A DNA stretch of 64,000 nt from Candidatus Dadabacteria bacterium. Lineage in GTDB: Bacteria; Desulfobacterota_D; UBA1144; Nemesobacterales; CSP1-2. Positions within the stretch are counted from its first letter, which is position 1. Each line of letters begins with the position of its first letter. The translations under genes were made by a program, and so were the position numbers. Location: positions 192,001-256,000 of the forward strand of contig CAWDVW010000002.1 of the NCBI GenBank assembly GCA_963805855.1, read 5' to 3'. This document shows, piece after piece, positions 61,401 through 64,000 of the stretch. The notes below the pieces were generated by a model. It worked only from the letters and a program-made list of their open reading frames with translations, did no database searches and had not been told where the DNA came from.

Positions 61401-62313
61401 ATGGCTGAATTTAGAAATAAATTCCAGTGGTCAATTTCAAGACAGAGGAACTTCGACAAATGCAAACGACTCTATTATTACAGTCACTACGGTATGTGGG
61501 GCGGATGGGACATGTATGCACCAGAAGAAGCCAAGCTATGTTATAGATTATCAAGGATGACCAATCTACAAATGCTTGCGGGAAGTGTAGTACATGCGAT
61601 GATTAAGAATTGTTAAAAAGCGTTAAAAGTCCAAACTTAATGAGCCTGGATACTCTAAAGATAGAGCAAGAAATAAGCTTAATGGAGCATGGAAGCAGTC
61701 TAAGGAAAAGGGATGGCTTGAAAGCCCTAAGTGGAATATCAATCTATTTGAGCATTACTACAACAGGAACCCCTCAAAGGAATACTTAGAAAGAATAAAA
61801 TCCAAAGTAATGGACTCTTTAACTAATTTTTATAATTCAGAAATATTCTTAAACATAAAAGGAGTTGATTCTCTCTATTGGAAACCCATCGAACAATTTC
61901 AACAGTTGCAAATAGAGAATTACACAGTTGGTCTCAAGATGGATTTCGCTATTGAAATCGACGGGAAGTTGGAAATTTATGATTGGAAAACAGGAAAGGA
62001 AGACGATTCAAATATTGAACAGCTGGTTTGTTATGCCCTTTATGGAGAACAAGAATGGGGATATAGTCTTGACGATATTATTTTGAAGATATTTTATCTT
62101 AATGAAAACCAATTAGAGCAACATAATGTTTCGGCTGAGCAAAAAGTTGAGGCAATTGAAAGGATAATTCAAAATAGCGAGAGAATGCTCAGTATGCTCG
62201 ATGACAAGGATAACAATGTTGCCAGCAAAGACAATTTTCCTATGATTGATAACCTGAATGAATGCAAGTGGTGCTTTTTCCAAGAGATGTGCTATGGGGC
62301 TTCAGTCGAATAG
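61401..62313 (+). CDS. PD-(D/E)XK (Cas4/AddB-like) nuclease, split by two apparent frameshifts
   Basis: 'WSISR...CKRLYYY', 'GSVVH', 'MDF...IYDWKTG', 'QLVCYA' and C-terminal 'CKWCFFQEMC'. Adding one base at each of two short runs (about 61610 and 61657) gives a single frame. Confidence 0.8.
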
Positions 62314-62533
62314 GCGTTGATTTTCTAACGGCTAACTTAAATCAAAGGTACTAGAAACCGCTTGAGCTGACATCCCGTGTTATCCTTCTTTGAAGTCTCT
62401 TATCGTCTTTCCAGGTGGTTCACTTTGTACACGACCTACACAGCCGATTGATTATGAACCTAGTGTAGTAAGTGTACTTGTGTGAGAGATAGAAAGTCGT
62501 TAATTACGAATATTTAAACCTCCTACTGGTATT

Positions 62534-63352
62534 TTGTATACTAGTTACTGTGCAACAAATTCGGAGACTAAGGCATTGTTGAGTTTTCTCGATCGAATAA
62601 TTTCAAGTCTTAACAAATCTAAATCAATTCCCCTACTTGACATTGAAGAACTGAAAAAGCGTGGAAAAAGAAATATAGAAGACGCAATATTTATAAAAGA
62701 GAAATTAATTCCTATTGCAGTTAAATACGAACATTGGAATATCGTTGTATTTGAATCATATGCAGTTATAGAATTAATTATGAAAGGGCTAATTTGTTTG
62801 ACCAAGAATGCTCCATGTAAAACGCATGAAATCAAAAAGTTGGTTGAACAAATGTTGAATATTCTGTCAATGTTTTCAGCTAATAACTCTTGGTTACCTT
62901 TACTTTATAATCACTACCCAAAGAGCGGTGACGGTTATTGTGTAGACATTGATAGTGATATTATTCGTGTGTACAGAATTGACAATGACGTATATACACA
63001 GTTGGGGGCATCTAGTGCAGTTAGAAATATAAAATCTGTCGATGAAATTTTAAGACTCACAGTCAAGAAATTTAAAAATGAAATAGCTGTAAGTGTAGGA
63101 GACGATGAAATTATCAGAAGAAACGACTCGACATATGATTTCCCCGACGAAAGCGAATGGGAAAGGGGATTTAATTTAAGACCAAATTCAGAAAGACTGG
63201 GACTGTTGATAAGGTTAGGAAAGAAATTAAGAAGAATACGCGAAAAATCGTTCTATGGCGAAATAATTTATGATGAAGAAAAAGCTAAAAAGGTTGTGTC
63301 GAGTATGGACGAATGGTTAGATGCTGCAGCCTGCTTCTTTATAAGTGATTAA
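62534..63352 (+). CDS. HEPN-domain protein with a large internal insertion
   Basis: 'WNIVVFESYAVIELIMKGLI...PCKTHEI' and 'LRRIREKSFYGE...EKAKKVV' match the two halves of a HEPN domain. Start uncertain. Confidence 0.65.
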   Translation: MYTSYCATNSETKALLSFLDRIISSLNKSKSIPLLDIEELKKRGKRNIEDAIFIKEKLIPIAVKYEHWNIVVFESYAVIELIMKGLICLTKNAPCKTHEIKKLVEQMLNILSMFSANNSWLPLLYNHYPKSGDGYCVDIDSDIIRVYRIDNDVYTQLGASSAVRNIKSVDEILRLTVKKFKNEIAVSVGDDEIIRRNDSTYDFPDESEWERGFNLRPNSERLGLLIRLGKKLRRIREKSFYGEIIYDEEKAKKVVSSMDEWLDAAACFFISD

Positions 63353-63603
63353 GCAATACTGTTCCCCATTAAGAAGCTAGTAGAATTGAGCTAGTAAAAT
63401 AACGTGAAAAAGCTCTAAGGAGTGGGGGGGGGGGAGCAATGAAGCGAGGGAGATGGGATTCTAGAATAAACACTTATATGTATTGAAGGTTTGTTTGACA
63501 AAAGTGAAGCAGTACAATCTGCTTAGATGACCATGGTGAAATTTCATAGGGTCACGATGCTACATTCTTGTAATAATCCCAAAAAGAAGTTTTATTTGGG
63601 AAT

Positions 63604-64000
63604 TTATAAGCAAAACTTTATATATAATAATATGCCAGCAGCGATAATAACTAAGATAACCCGCAGATTAAAAAAGTGTGCATAAGTTATCGAACTGCAG
63701 TGAGGACACTTTAAGGTAGCAGAGCCTATTTCACCACCACATTTACCGCACTTATCAAATATGCGGGGTTTCGCTCCAGTAGCCTTAATTTGGGTTTCTT
63801 TAACGGAAGTCGTGAGATTAGTAGATATTCTTCCTTGGTTATATCTATTATCGAAATCTTGTTCGCTCATAGAGAGATAAGATAGCCCCTCCAAGAAACC
63901 AACGATAGCTGGTATGAACGTCCAACAGAATATCAAATAAATGAAACCCCAACCAGGACTGTCCAAATAGAATTTATGTATTCCAATGCCGCCTAGAAAT
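63604..64000 (-). CDS. TM2-domain membrane protein with zinc ribbon (5' end outside the window)
   Basis: Upstream frame reads FLGGIGIHKFYL, followed by 'GFIYLIFCWTFIPAIVGFLEG' and 'CGKCG...CPHC'. Confidence 0.85.
   Translation of the reverse strand, partial: FLGGIGIHKFYLDSPGWGFIYLIFCWTFIPAIVGFLEGLSYLSMSEQDFDNRYNQGRISTNLTTSVKETQIKATGAKPRIFDKCGKCGGEIGSATLKCPHCSSITYAHFFNLRVILVIIAAGILLYIKFCL

Noticed and set aside
63424-63434. Poly-G tract (11 G) as a phase-variation switch
   Set aside because: It lies between convergent gene ends, not in a coding or promoter region.
53635-64000. Classical integron (intI/attC) explanation for the accessory array
   Set aside because: There is no integrase in the window, and I could not find RYYYAAC...GTTRRRY attC hairpins after the genes. 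An IntegronFinder run is still advisable.

Overview
Bacterial chromosomal window, probably from a Deltaproteobacteria-like lineage; my guess from the rRNA and gene content is Candidatus Dadabacteria, which needs a 16S search to confirm. 1-3.4 kb is a minus-strand rRNA operon (16S, tRNA-Ile, tRNA-Ala, 5' part of 23S). 3.7-11.6 kb is a surface-polysaccharide-type block (two GT4 glycosyltransferases, two AsnB-family amidotransferases, a MacB-like permease). 12-52 kb is mostly housekeeping and envelope genes: hisS, sixA, sodC, tatB, prmA-like, an isolated nuoG-nuoH pair, thiolase, ddl, exbBD, lysA, a hemD-hemE fusion followed by hemH and hemG/hemY, LssY_C paralogs, an MBL-rhodanese and a DksA-like gene. 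53-64 kb is an accessory island with four different RelE-superfamily toxin-antitoxin operons, a phage-type HNH endonuclease, a Cas4-like PD-(D/E)XK nuclease, a HEPN protein and a TM2 protein. Two observations stand out. (1) The toxin-antitoxin block is punctuated by co-oriented junction sites (AAATAA-N13-GCCTGACC and GGCCTGTCCCGAAA). It is bracketed by a repeated ~210-bp unit encoding an unannotated 44-48 aa microprotein (MCDPVLIAAI.EELGYFDEKK...), with three more decayed copies inside. This looks like a cassette array whose recombinase is not in the window. (2) The genome's REP-like hairpin families nest inside each other's loops, and the same motifs occupy the tips of 16S helix 44 and 23S helix 25. 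Several frameshifts (lysA, the LssY paralog, the PD-(D/E)XK gene) look like long-read indel errors.
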